This document shows positions 41,627 to 51,315 of a stretch of 64,000 bases of DNA, piece by piece. The stretch lies in assembly GCA_965214775.1 (NCBI GenBank), contig OZ243974.1:2208001-2272000 (forward strand). Direction: 5' to 3'. Each line of letters starts with the position of its first letter. The stretch's first letter is position 1. The notes under the pieces are model-generated. The model saw nothing but the letters and a program-made list of their open reading frames with translations. It searched no databases and was not told the DNA's origin. Origin of the DNA: Nitrosopumilus sp. (GTDB taxonomy: Archaea; Thermoproteota; Nitrososphaeria; Nitrososphaerales; Nitrosopumilaceae). The translations under genes and the position numbers were made by a program.

Positions 41627-42746
41627 TATATGAAAAGTCGGTTCGCTAGTCATCTGCGTCCCTCTCCATCCATTTTGCGTCCTTCTTCCTGATCGCTTCC
41701 GTTGCCTCCTTGCTTCTAAACGCCAGAAGCGGCGTCTCACAGTTGGCAATGTCAAGCGAAAAGTGAAGCCTTCTCTCGTTGTAATAGTCCACGTACTGCC
41801 TCAGGCCGTCATAATGCCCTATCTCCTCCTCGATGGTGCGATGGTTTTTGCCTCGCAAGACAGCCAAAAGACGGGCAGGTCATAATGCCCTATCTCCTCC
41901 TCGATGGTGCGATGGAGCCTCTCCAGCTTGCCGTTGGTCTGCGGGTGATATGGCCTGGTGTTTATCAGGATGATGTCCCGTGTAAGCAGCTCCTCTTCAA
42001 AGAGCGTGGGCTGCCACGTCCCCATGCCGGTGCCGCCTTTGGAGGCCGCCTTTTTTCTGCCGTTCTGTCCTACAAAGCACGAGCCATTGTCAGACAGTAT
42101 GGATGCAGGCGTGCCAAACCTCTCGATCGCCAGCCTGAGTGTCATTACGGCGTTCTCAGAGGTGGCATGCTCAAATAGTGCGGCCCCCGTAATGCACCTT
42201 GAGGCATCGTCAAGATACGTGACTAGGTTGAGTCCCTTTAGGCGCGGATCCTTCATTTCATGCCAGTCCACATGCCACATCGCGTTGGAGTATTTGCGCT
42301 CAAAGCGGACGTATCCCCTCTTTTTTGATTTTGCCGCAGACGGAATCACCAGGCCGTTCTTCTTCATTATGCGGTATACTGCACGGTAGCTTGTATTGTG
42401 ATTGTGCCTCAGCCTGCCTGCGGTGCGCAGTACGCCTGTCGGTTCGCCCTCGTGCGTCCCGGTCACCAGACGTATCTGGGCTGCCGTGACCGGGACATGC
42501 GGCCTGCCCATTTTCACGCGCGTCGTACCTGTTGCCTGGAACCTGGCCCACAGCCTCCTTACATGCCTTGCCGTGATGTTCAGATCCTTGGCTATCTTGG
42601 AGGACGCGACGCCTTTCTTGCACTGTCTTACTAGGTACTGCCGTGACTCTTCTGTCAGTATTTTTTTCATGGTTTTTCGTGATCGGTACAGCCTAAAATA
42701 GTCCGCTATTGTCCTCCTGATCCTAGGCGGACCGACTTTTCGTACA
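41627..42746 (-). mobile_element. IS481-family IS; transposase 42670-41646 frameshifted by a 71-bp insertion
   Basis: 20-bp TIR TGTACGAAAAGTCGGTCCGC / TATATGAAAAGTCGGTTCGC; WHVD, LDDASR, SDNG, PQTNGKLER, YN..R.H.SL. Confidence 0.92.
41808..41915. repeat. 37-bp repeat / 34-bp unique insert / 37-bp repeat
   Basis: GTCATAATGCCCTATCTCCTCCTCGATGGTGCGATGG at 41808-41844 and 41879-41915. Confidence 0.95.
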
Positions 42747-42782
42747 ATAGAGCTGGCGGTTTGATCGTTTGAAAACCAAGAA

Positions 42783-44065
42783 GGCGTTGTCCGGAATTTT
42801 TCCAGAAATCTACCGATAAGCTTATAGATCATAAGCGCAGGATGCGACAACCTTATGGATCATAGGATCGACGTCCCCGTATCAATGAAATCAAAGACCA
42901 ACAAGAAGGAATCCAAGAAGGAATCCAAGAAGGAATCCAAGAAGGAATCCAAGAAGGAATCCAGCAAGACCAGCAAGAAAAAAAAGTCAGAGTACACGAG
43001 ACCTCCGGAATACTATGCCGAGTACGAGAAAAAAAGGAGAGAGGACAGCAAGAGGTGCGGCATCGGAATCAAAAAGATCCGCAAGATCCTCCTGTCCCTC
43101 CTCCATAACACAGAGCAAGAGGATGAAATTCCCTATCTTCTGTGCGTACTCGACATGGAGTACCGCGGAAACTCGTATCGCAGACACGTCGAATACATGG
43201 AGTCGAATCCTGGTTCAACTAACATGTACGGGCTCAAAAAGGTTCCGGCCAAGTCGACACTGCATGATGCAGCCGTAAGGATAGCTGCCTGGGACAAGTC
43301 GGTGCTAAGATCGGTACTCTCAGAACAGGCAGGCGCAGACGCCAGGGGAACGTTGCTTGGCGACTCTAGCGGTTTCTCCATAATGAGATACCACACATGG
43401 GAGGACGCAAAGAAGGGCGTCATATCCAGGCAGATGTTTGCCAAGCTGCACATACTGTTGGCCCCGCACGGCAAGATTGCCGCCTGCGAGGTGACGCCGG
43501 GCGAATTCCATGATTCCCCGGTGTTCCGTAACGAGCTGCTGCCGCAGGTTCCCAACGGCACAGGACACGTGATCCTGGATGCCGCATACGACTCGTATGA
43601 GAACTGCAGGGTCATAGCCGACGGAGGCAGAACCCCAGTGATATGTCCGCGTACAGGATATACGGTTCACGGGTTCAACGCCCGCTCCAAGATGCTAAGA
43701 TGGCACAAAAAGGACCCCGAGGGATTCGAGAAGACGTACCACCAGCGCAGCCTCGTTGAGTCGGCCTTCTCGTCGATAAAGGCAAGGTTTGACTCCACGG
43801 TGCGCGCCATGTCGCTTCCGATGCAGTCGCTCAGGCTTACCCTCAAGGTATTCTGCTACAATCTGGTCAGCTAGGATCCATAATGCCGGTACGGTGGAAT
43901 CGTCCGGCTAGCGGATGCTATGCAGTATGACGTCAAAACACGGGCCATAACTGCACAATGCGGGCCGGAGTGCGGATTCGTCTCTATGTTTGCAGTCATT
44001 GCGCCATGATTTTGTACAAATCTCCCCGGAAATCACGTCCTAAAATCACGATTCCGGACAACGCC
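42783..44065 (+). mobile_element. Intact IS5-family IS (1283 bp); transposase at 42855-43874
   Basis: 15-bp perfect TIR ggcgttgtccggaat, 9-bp TSD aaccaagaa; GDSSG, KLH, LDAAYDS, RSLVESAFS. Confidence 0.95.
42903..42962 (+). repeat. 12-bp tandem repeat, 5 copies (KKES)
   Basis: aagaaggaatcc x5. Confidence 0.95.
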
Positions 44066-44144
44066 AACCAAGAAAAAAACCATAAATACACCTGATCGCT
44101 AATTTGACTAAAACTTATCTAGTCAGTATAATTGACGCAAAACG

Positions 44145-44936
44145 GTGGAAGAAAAATTCCTTCAAATTGACGGCAACAGGATTCGATATCTAGAGTCAGG
44201 CACTTCAAATAACACACTTGTCCTGATTCATGGTCTGGGGGCCTCGGCTGAGAGATGGAACCAGGTAATTCCATTGTTTGAAGAGGACTTCAAAGTCGTT
44301 GCCCCTGATCTTGTTGGATTTGGATACAGTGACAAGCCCCTAGCTGACTATACTCCGGAGTTTTTCGCTGATTTTTTAGAAAAATTTTTTGATGCCTCAA
44401 ATCTTAAAAGGCCAAACATTATCGGTTCGTCACTGGGAGGTCAAATTGCAGCAGAATTTGCAGCATCACACTCAAGGCATGTCAAAAAACTAATCCTTGT
44501 CTCCCCTGCAGGCACAATGAAGCAGTCGACTCCGGCCCTTGATGCATACATTATGGCTGCAATGTATCCTAATGAGGAAAGTGCAAGAAATGCATTTGAA
44601 ATGATGGAGGGGGGCTCTGGCAAGAGTGTCAACGAAAACATCGTCAATGGCTTCGTTGAGCGAATGCGCCTGCCTAATGCAAAGCTGGCATTCATGTCCA
44701 CCCTTCTTGGATTAAAAAATTCTGAAACAATCACTTCAAAACTACAAACAATTTTTGCCCCTACCATGATAGTGTGGGGGTCAAATGACCCTGTAATTCC
44801 AATCACTCATGCAGACAGCTTTGTTTCATCCATTCAAGACTGCAGGCTTTACCGCATGGATGGATCCGGACATACTCCATATGTTCAGTATCCTTATGCC
44901 TTTGCCAGAAGAGTCCTTGAATTCCTCCATGACTGA
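44145..44936 (+). CDS. Alpha/beta hydrolase (candidate PHA depolymerase)
   Basis: HGLG, D..GFG.S, GSSLG, GSND, GHTP; context next to the pha genes. Confidence 0.85.
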   Translation: MEEKFLQIDGNRIRYLESGTSNNTLVLIHGLGASAERWNQVIPLFEEDFKVVAPDLVGFGYSDKPLADYTPEFFADFLEKFFDASNLKRPNIIGSSLGGQIAAEFAASHSRHVKKLILVSPAGTMKQSTPALDAYIMAAMYPNEESARNAFEMMEGGSGKSVNENIVNGFVERMRLPNAKLAFMSTLLGLKNSETITSKLQTIFAPTMIVWGSNDPVIPITHADSFVSSIQDCRLYRMDGSGHTPYVQYPYAFARRVLEFLHD

Positions 44937-44979
44937 CATTTGGATGCATTTAAATACCCCTAATCGACATTGATTACCA

Positions 44980-45414
44980 ATGAGTGGTATTAATAACCAA
45001 TATGATCCTTCTGCAATGTTCAAAGATTGGATTCAAAAGAGCGGTCAAGCTCAAGCTGAATTTATGAAAAATTTTGGAGCATTGATGGGCAGCCGATCAA
45101 GTCAGACCTTCAACCCGTTAGAAACTCTAAGGGAAGTCTCTGACAGTCTCAGGGAAGATCAATCATATTTGGTAAAAAACATCTCCTCTATGCAAAACAG
45201 AGGCATGGATGCAATGCTCAACATGGGACAAATGCTTTTGTCTTTTATGAATTGGGGTGCATACAAAACCACCGTTGGCAGCAATGGACGAATCTCCATT
45301 CCCGAGGCTGAGCGAAATGCGCTTGGCCTGGACGAGGGGGATCTGGTTCAAGTCATTATCCTGCCAATCGAAAAGAAAAAATCAAATAAAAAAAGTAAGG
45401 AGGTGAAAAATTGA
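44980..45414 (+). CDS. AbrB-domain protein, haloarchaeal PhaR-like
   Basis: C-terminal YKTTVGSNGRISIPEAERNALGLDEGDLVQV. Confidence 0.8.
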   Translation: MSGINNQYDPSAMFKDWIQKSGQAQAEFMKNFGALMGSRSSQTFNPLETLREVSDSLREDQSYLVKNISSMQNRGMDAMLNMGQMLLSFMNWGAYKTTVGSNGRISIPEAERNALGLDEGDLVQVIILPIEKKKSNKKSKEVKN

Positions 45415-45839
45415 GTGAGAACAAAGTAACACAGGGAAATTCCAAGGATGTATTTTCTGTATGCCAAGAGAATGTAGACAAATTCTTTGATGGCATTAAA
45501 CAGTCAGTACCACAGTATCACCAGTCTGTCACAAATGTACAACATGAATACCTGCAAGCATTTGAAAACGTAGTGGATTCATCCATATCATTGCAAAAAC
45601 AATTTGCAAAGAAAACCGGCATTGCAACAAACATTCCTGAGGCAGCATTAAAAGTGGTGCGCGACATAGCAGAGGAATGCGTAAAAGCAGCATCATTGCA
45701 AAACCAAATCACACTGGCAACAATTGATGCAACACAACAAAACATCAAGACGTTCAACGACAACGCAAAATCTTTTGCTGATTTGAACAGAAACATTCTA
45801 CAATCCTGGATTTCTGCATTCACAAACAAAAACAACTAG
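45411..45839 (+). CDS. Phasin-like amphipathic helical protein
   Basis: 142 aa, Gln/Ala-rich, predicted helical; overlaps the AbrB gene. Confidence 0.65.
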   Translation: MSENKVTQGNSKDVFSVCQENVDKFFDGIKQSVPQYHQSVTNVQHEYLQAFENVVDSSISLQKQFAKKTGIATNIPEAALKVVRDIAEECVKAASLQNQITLATIDATQQNIKTFNDNAKSFADLNRNILQSWISAFTNKNN

Positions 45840-45866
45840 GTGATTTTTTTACCTCGTTTTTCTTTT

Positions 45867-46931
45867 TTACGATCTTTTGGCCAGCCACTGGCCCAGTTCT
45901 GGCAGTACCTTCTTTTGTGATAATCTGCTGGCAATCATGCCTACGTGTCCAGTCGGGTACATGCGCAGCGTCTTGTCTTTGCTTCCTATGGCATAGTGCA
46001 ACGGCATGCTGCATTCTGGGGATACCAGGTGATCTCCCACTGCAACCTGCGTAAATACCGGCATGTCTATCTTTTTCAAGTCAACATGCTTTCCTTCAAT
46101 GTGCATCTTGTTCTGAATCAGCAGGTTGTCTTGATAGATGTCCTTTATCCATTGCCTGAACAACTCTCCGGGAACAGGCGGGGTGTCCCCCAGCCACTTT
46201 TCCACCCGAAGGAAATTGTCAACAAATCTCTTGTTGTCGATATTTTTGAAGAAATTCACATATTTTTCGATTCCTTGCTCAAACGGCTTTAGAACTGAAA
46301 AGCAGTAATACATGAATTCTGGAGGCATGTTTCCGATAATTTCTACCATCTTATCCACGTCCATGTGCTTGGCAAGATTGCTGATCACAGTGGTGTCCCT
46401 CCGCCCGTCAATTACCGGTGCAGTTGCAATGTAGTTTTTCACACTCTCTGAATGCAATGAAGCGTATGCCGTTGCAATTGTTGCGCCGGTACAATACCCC
46501 TGCAGTGAAATTTTTTCATTAGATGACTCGTTTTTGACATACTCTACATATGCGTCAAGGTACCCGTTGACATAGTCGTCAAAATCCAGATACTTGTCCA
46601 TGCTAGTCGGTGTCCCCCAGTCTAACATGTATACGTCAAATCCCTGTTCGAGTAAATTTCGAACCCAGCTCTTTTCTGGGTGGATGTCTAAAATGTGAAA
46701 CCTGTTAATCAGCGCATACGAAATCAACAGCGGCGTCTTTTTCTGCTTTTCAGTCAACGGGCGGTAATGCAGCAGTCTTGTCTTGTCGATCTCTTGAACT
46801 ACGTCATGCGGCGTTACCTCCAGACTGATCTCGTCTGGCGCGGAAACTAATTTTGGCGCATCAATTACATTTTTGCTAAATTTTAAAACTTCCTCGATAA
46901 TTTTCGGGTCTACTCTTGACTCACTTTGCAT
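45867..46931 (-). CDS. phaC: Class III PHA synthase subunit C
   Basis: PLLI.YALIN, GYCTG lipase box, RVEKWLGD PhaC box, DHLV, GHVG. Confidence 0.95.
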   Translation of the reverse strand: MQSESRVDPKIIEEVLKFSKNVIDAPKLVSAPDEISLEVTPHDVVQEIDKTRLLHYRPLTEKQKKTPLLISYALINRFHILDIHPEKSWVRNLLEQGFDVYMLDWGTPTSMDKYLDFDDYVNGYLDAYVEYVKNESSNEKISLQGYCTGATIATAYASLHSESVKNYIATAPVIDGRRDTTVISNLAKHMDVDKMVEIIGNMPPEFMYYCFSVLKPFEQGIEKYVNFFKNIDNKRFVDNFLRVEKWLGDTPPVPGELFRQWIKDIYQDNLLIQNKMHIEGKHVDLKKIDMPVFTQVAVGDHLVSPECSMPLHYAIGSKDKTLRMYPTGHVGMIASRLSQKKVLPELGQWLAKRS

Positions 46932-47499
46932 TTTTCCTCAACTCTTGCTTCCTTGACTGCAGTTCTAGCTTTCCGACCCGTTTTTTCAAGGAATGAATTT
47001 CCCTGTAAACCTCGTCAATTTCCTCCTTGCTTGGAAGGTTTGCCGATTGCAAAATGACGTTTGTAATGTTGTTCCAATGCCTTGTCAGCTCTAGTTCTTT
47101 TGAGACCAGCTTTCCATAGTTTTCTCCAAATTTTTCAGAATCAAACAGTTCTGTAAAGTCATTGTCAAAGATATCGATCCAAATTCTTTTGAATGCCTCC
47201 ATCTGTTCAATATCTTGAGGAACCTCTGGGGCCTTTAGATTGACTTTCTTTTGGGCTGCCGTCCATGTCTCAGTCAACTGCCTGTAATATTCGGCAAGAT
47301 GCCGGTTGAACTCCATCATGATCTGATTAATCTCAATCATTTCAGTTGAGATCTTCTTTGAGTTTGCAGCAAATGCCCTCATTGGGCCAACTGAGGCAAG
47401 TGCCTGAGGCTTACTAGACATCAGATGGATGATATCTGTCCAAAACAGGGCCAGGTGCTTGTACTGGTCGGTGATTTCTTTGGGGGATTTTGATTGCAC
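46921..47499 (-). CDS. phaE: Class III PHA synthase subunit E
   Basis: C-terminal LPSKEEIDEV...I..LKKRV PhaE box; overlaps phaC. Confidence 0.9.
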   Translation of the reverse strand: MQSKSPKEITDQYKHLALFWTDIIHLMSSKPQALASVGPMRAFAANSKKISTEMIEINQIMMEFNRHLAEYYRQLTETWTAAQKKVNLKAPEVPQDIEQMEAFKRIWIDIFDNDFTELFDSEKFGENYGKLVSKELELTRHWNNITNVILQSANLPSKEEIDEVYREIHSLKKRVGKLELQSRKQELRKNAK

Positions 47500-47552
47500 A
47501 GATATCTATTTGTACGGATTGCAATAAATAGATCGCTTGTCAAATTAGACTG

Positions 47553-47945
47553 ATGGACGATGTTGAGGATCTTGAGAAAATGTGCCGGGATGTCATTGCC
47601 CTTGATTCAAAAATGCGCTCTGCAAGACTGATCAACAGCCGGGGCCATCTGATTGCAGGTGGGATGAAGGAGGGACTTTTGTCATTAGAGGCGCAAAAAC
47701 AAGACGAAATGATGTTCATGGAACTTGCCTTGCGCGTAAGAATGCGCCGCGAATTTGACAACGAACTTGGCGAGGTTCATTTTTCAATGTCTTACAGGGA
47801 GAAAGTCATTGTGATGAGCTTTCCTCTGACAAATGATGATGTTGTTTTGGTTTCATGCGAAAAGGACGCTGATTTTGGAAAAATCCCGTTTGAGATTCTA
47901 AAAATTATTGCCCCCTTGAAATCAACTCCGATGAAAACTTTTTGA
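47553..47945 (+). CDS. DUF6659-like protein
   Basis: MRSARLIN..G.LIAGG, MRREFD..LG. Confidence 0.7.
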   Translation: MDDVEDLEKMCRDVIALDSKMRSARLINSRGHLIAGGMKEGLLSLEAQKQDEMMFMELALRVRMRREFDNELGEVHFSMSYREKVIVMSFPLTNDDVVLVSCEKDADFGKIPFEILKIIAPLKSTPMKTF

Positions 47946-48391
47946 TTCGAGTTTCAAGGATGAATCCAATGAAATCCCGAGACGCTGATTATTGGAGCAA
48001 ATCTAAATCTGGCCTCAGCACTGGCAAAAAACCTCAAAAAAAATTGCCTGGAATTTTTTTGTAGTGCTGCAGTTGTCAGGGGCAGGGGCAGATTAATTTC
48101 TGTAAGACTAGCTGCAGACAAACCAGGAATCAAAAAAAAAATTCATGTCTATGAAAAAAATTTCCCATGCCTCTTGATTGCAGACGATGTTTTTGGTTCT
48201 GAGAAAGAAGTTTGAGAAAATAGTTTTCTGCGTAGGCAATCCTTCTATTTTTGTGTTGTTTGCTGTATTACTTGCGCGATGTGAAAAAAACATCCTTGAC
48301 GGCTATTGTTGTTGCTGCCGGTATGTTCTAAAAAATTACAGATTACAACTATCTGGTTTTTCCTTGGGATAAACGATCTTCTAAACGCCGC

Positions 48392-49303
48392 TTATTCTGT
48401 CAGTATTTTTCTCAGTCCCACACACCTGTTTCTGATTGTCACTTCGGTGACTCCTGATGCAATGGATATGTCTTTTTGTGATTTCACTTCTCCCGTACTG
48501 ATACATGCAAGATAAAGTGCGGCAGCCGCAATCCCCATGGGATCTTTTCCTGCAACCATGCCTAATTTTTTGGCCTTGTCTAAAATCTTGATGGCCTTTC
48601 TTTTGCTCTTTTCACCAAGTCCCGCAATGCTGGCAATTCTAGATACACCCTTGACAGGATCAACTACGGGCATCTTTAGTTCCAACTCTCTGAAAATCAG
48701 CCTGTAACATCTTGCAACGTCTTTTCTTCTGATGTTGATGCCCTTGGCAATATCGTCTAATGTCCGGGGCGTTTCCGTATTTCTACACGAAGCATAGAGA
48801 CATGCTGCAACCAGTCCCTGGATGGAGCGTCCTCTGACAAGTTTTTTCTCCATTGCTTTTCTGTAGATGTAGGCTGCTTTTTCAATGACTGCATCAGTCA
48901 ATGCAAGCTTGTCTTTTAGTTTGTCCATCTCGTTTAGCGCCTGTCTGAGATTTCTGTCCGTTGACGAATGGGCCTGTGTTCTGCTGTCCCACGTTCTCAA
49001 CCTTTCTATGGAGCTTTTTACACTTGCTGAAAGCGGTTTGCCCGTGGAGTCCTTGTTGACTGAGCCAATTACTGTGGATAGTCCCATGTCGTGCATTGTA
49101 AGTGACGTGCCTGCGCCGACCCTGGTTCGGTTTGTCTCATCATTGGAAAACGATCGCCACTCTGCCCCGGTGTCTGCAATCTTGTCTGTTACAACAAATC
49201 CGCATTTTCCACAAAACAGTTCTCCCGTATTTTCATCAGTGACCATTCTTTTGTCACCGCATGCAGGACACTTTGGCCCTGACATCATCGAGTTTTTGAG
49301 CAT
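48392..49303 (-). CDS. tfb: Transcription initiation factor IIB (second paralogue)
   Basis: CPAC..CGKCG, AEWRSF, GVTEVTIRNR. Confidence 0.97.
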   Translation of the reverse strand: MLKNSMMSGPKCPACGDKRMVTDENTGELFCGKCGFVVTDKIADTGAEWRSFSNDETNRTRVGAGTSLTMHDMGLSTVIGSVNKDSTGKPLSASVKSSIERLRTWDSRTQAHSSTDRNLRQALNEMDKLKDKLALTDAVIEKAAYIYRKAMEKKLVRGRSIQGLVAACLYASCRNTETPRTLDDIAKGINIRRKDVARCYRLIFRELELKMPVVDPVKGVSRIASIAGLGEKSKRKAIKILDKAKKLGMVAGKDPMGIAAAALYLACISTGEVKSQKDISIASGVTEVTIRNRCVGLRKILTE

Positions 49304-49416
49304 GACTGAGTAGGTTTTCTTATTTGCCTTATTATCCGTTTTACCAAATTTCTGAAGGTTAATCGTGTGTAGGTTGAGCTAAGTCTCATTCCCGTTTCTT
49401 GGAATATGTTTTGGCT

Positions 49417-50850
49417 TCATCCAAGCAGGCAGTATGCGTATGATGGCGCATATGACGGATACATTATGCTTGTTTTATCGTTATGTTCATGTCGCAGTCC
49501 GATTGAATGGCCTAGCTCATGCGTCATGATTGTCTCTACACTGCTGACATCATACAATTGAAAACTCCCGTCACAACTGTAGTCTCCTAGTGTTACCTCC
49601 ACTATTCCCTTGCCCAAGTGCGCATGACCTAAAACGCCGTCTCCTATGTCTCTGACAACCCACGTGACCCAGACATTTGCCTCGTGTTTTAAATTTGTGA
49701 CTTTGAACTTTACTTTGGCTTTTTGATTATTTGTGATGAGGTCTTGTGACTCCCAAAATTCAAACGAATTGTGCAAGGTACCGACATGATCCAAGGGCAG
49801 GCCTGTTGGCTGTTCGTTAACGTATACTTTGTAATAGATGACGTATTTGTCCCCAACGATTTCATAGGTTGGATCTGGAAAGTCTTTTGAAGCTTTTTTT
49901 GCTTCCTCTTCGAAATTCCATTTCGCGTAATCCCTGAGGAATTTTTTGATTACGTCTTTGCTGGGATTTGGAAATTCAATGTATCTTTTTTCTTTGGAGA
50001 TGTTATTTGCAATGTCCCTCAAATACATGTCAAAATAGCGGCTTTCCCGGTCCAACTCTTCTTGGGTTTTTTGAACCGGCTGGACACTAATCTCTACAAA
50101 ACCATTGTCCACTAGCCACTGAATGCTTTTGAAAAATTCCTCATCCGGCAAAAGTCTTTCTGCCCACCATCCTGCATTGTTTTTTAACCATGACGGCATT
50201 TCTGGATCTGATGAAGCCCCTTTGGAACCCCCATCGTATGGGACATCTATGATGTTGCTTGCAATGAGGTATTCGATCCCCCTTGCAAAGTCCTCATCTG
50301 TAATTTGAGATGACGCCCACCAGCCTGCAGAATTACGTATCCAGTCTGGGACTGGCCTTGCCTCCGGACCTGACAATTCCCGGGGCTTTTCTGTTGGCGT
50401 ATACGGGTATTTTGAGATGACATTTTCCACAAATTTCTTGTAGTTGGCAAGAACATTGCTGCTTGGTCTTTGCTCTATTGCCTTTTCAAAATATTTTTTC
50501 GACTCTTCATATTCGCCTAGGTTGCCAAACCCTAGTCCCATCCCGGACAGTGCAATGACATCATCTGGCATATGCTGCAATATTGCAAAAAACTGTTTAA
50601 GCGATTTTTGATGCTCGTTGATGTTGCTCTGGGCAATTCCCTTCATTTTTAGAGTGGATATGTTGTTTGGAGAGATCTCTAAAATATCGTCATAAATCCT
50701 TATTGCCTCGTCATAATCCCCCCTGACAAAATGCGCGTTAGCCTGGTTGAACATCTCCTCGGATTCCTCTTTTTCTGCTTGCCCATAAACCGAACCAGTC
50801 AAGACTGATGCGCCACACAAAAGAACCAGCAAAATCTGAATTCCGTGCAT
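49417..50850 (-). CDS. Secreted TPR protein with matrixin-type (M10-like) metalloprotease domain
   Basis: Signal peptide, TPRs, P.WI.N.AGWW modules, HELGHSIGLRH, Met-turn SIMYP. Confidence 0.88.
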   Translation of the reverse strand: MHGIQILLVLLCGASVLTGSVYGQAEKEESEEMFNQANAHFVRGDYDEAIRIYDDILEISPNNISTLKMKGIAQSNINEHQKSLKQFFAILQHMPDDVIALSGMGLGFGNLGEYEESKKYFEKAIEQRPSSNVLANYKKFVENVISKYPYTPTEKPRELSGPEARPVPDWIRNSAGWWASSQITDEDFARGIEYLIASNIIDVPYDGGSKGASSDPEMPSWLKNNAGWWAERLLPDEEFFKSIQWLVDNGFVEISVQPVQKTQEELDRESRYFDMYLRDIANNISKEKRYIEFPNPSKDVIKKFLRDYAKWNFEEEAKKASKDFPDPTYEIVGDKYVIYYKVYVNEQPTGLPLDHVGTLHNSFEFWESQDLITNNQKAKVKFKVTNLKHEANVWVTWVVRDIGDGVLGHAHLGKGIVEVTLGDYSCDGSFQLYDVSSVETIMTHELGHSIGLRHEHNDKTSIMYPSYAPSYAYCLLG

Positions 50851-50979
50851 GATACGTTTTTGCCCGCTTATTTTAGATATACTTTGTTTCTGTTTTCTTC
50901 TACTGTCTTGCGCGCAGCGCTTGCGGTTTAAGTCATTTTAGAAAATCTTTAATTCGTTCATGATGGGGAGTTTTATGTA

Positions 50980-51315
50980 ATGACGAATATTGGCGCCGGT
51001 GAAGTTGTCTATGAGCTGCAAAAGAGAATCCAACGAATCCGGAATGAATTAGACGAACTTGGCCTGCCATCTGAAATCCCGGAACTGATCACCTCTGCCA
51101 ACCTACTTCGTTCAAACGAGTATCTGTCAAAATCCAATGAAAAGAAGACCGAGCTTCTTGAAGCATATGATCAATATTCTCGCGCCTTGGAAGAACTGCT
51201 ATCCTCCGTACTTGAAATTCAGCACGATCTTAAGGAAATTCTAAAAGAACAATCCTCCATGATTGCAGATGCAAGACCTGGAAAAACTAGAGCAAGATCC
51301 AAAACTAGAAAATAG
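50980..51315 (+). CDS. Hypothetical coiled-coil protein
   Basis: 111-aa ORF with ATG start in the intergenic space. Confidence 0.7.
   Translation: MTNIGAGEVVYELQKRIQRIRNELDELGLPSEIPELITSANLLRSNEYLSKSNEKKTELLEAYDQYSRALEELLSSVLEIQHDLKEILKEQSSMIADARPGKTRARSKTRK

Larger units (their letters stand above)
35855..42766. mobile_element. ~6.9 kb genomic island bounded by an exact 14-bp direct repeat CTGGCGGTTTGATC
   Basis: Repeat at 35855-35868 and 42753-42766; interior is GC-richer and contains only IS elements and a protease cassette. Confidence 0.75.

Noticed and set aside
41819-42850. 343-aa ORF as an intact IS481 transposase
   Set aside because: Its N-terminal 60 aa extend outside the element and its C-terminus results from the 71-bp insertion
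4340-49303. Two TFB paralogues as a novelty
   Set aside because: TFB expansion is well established in this phylum
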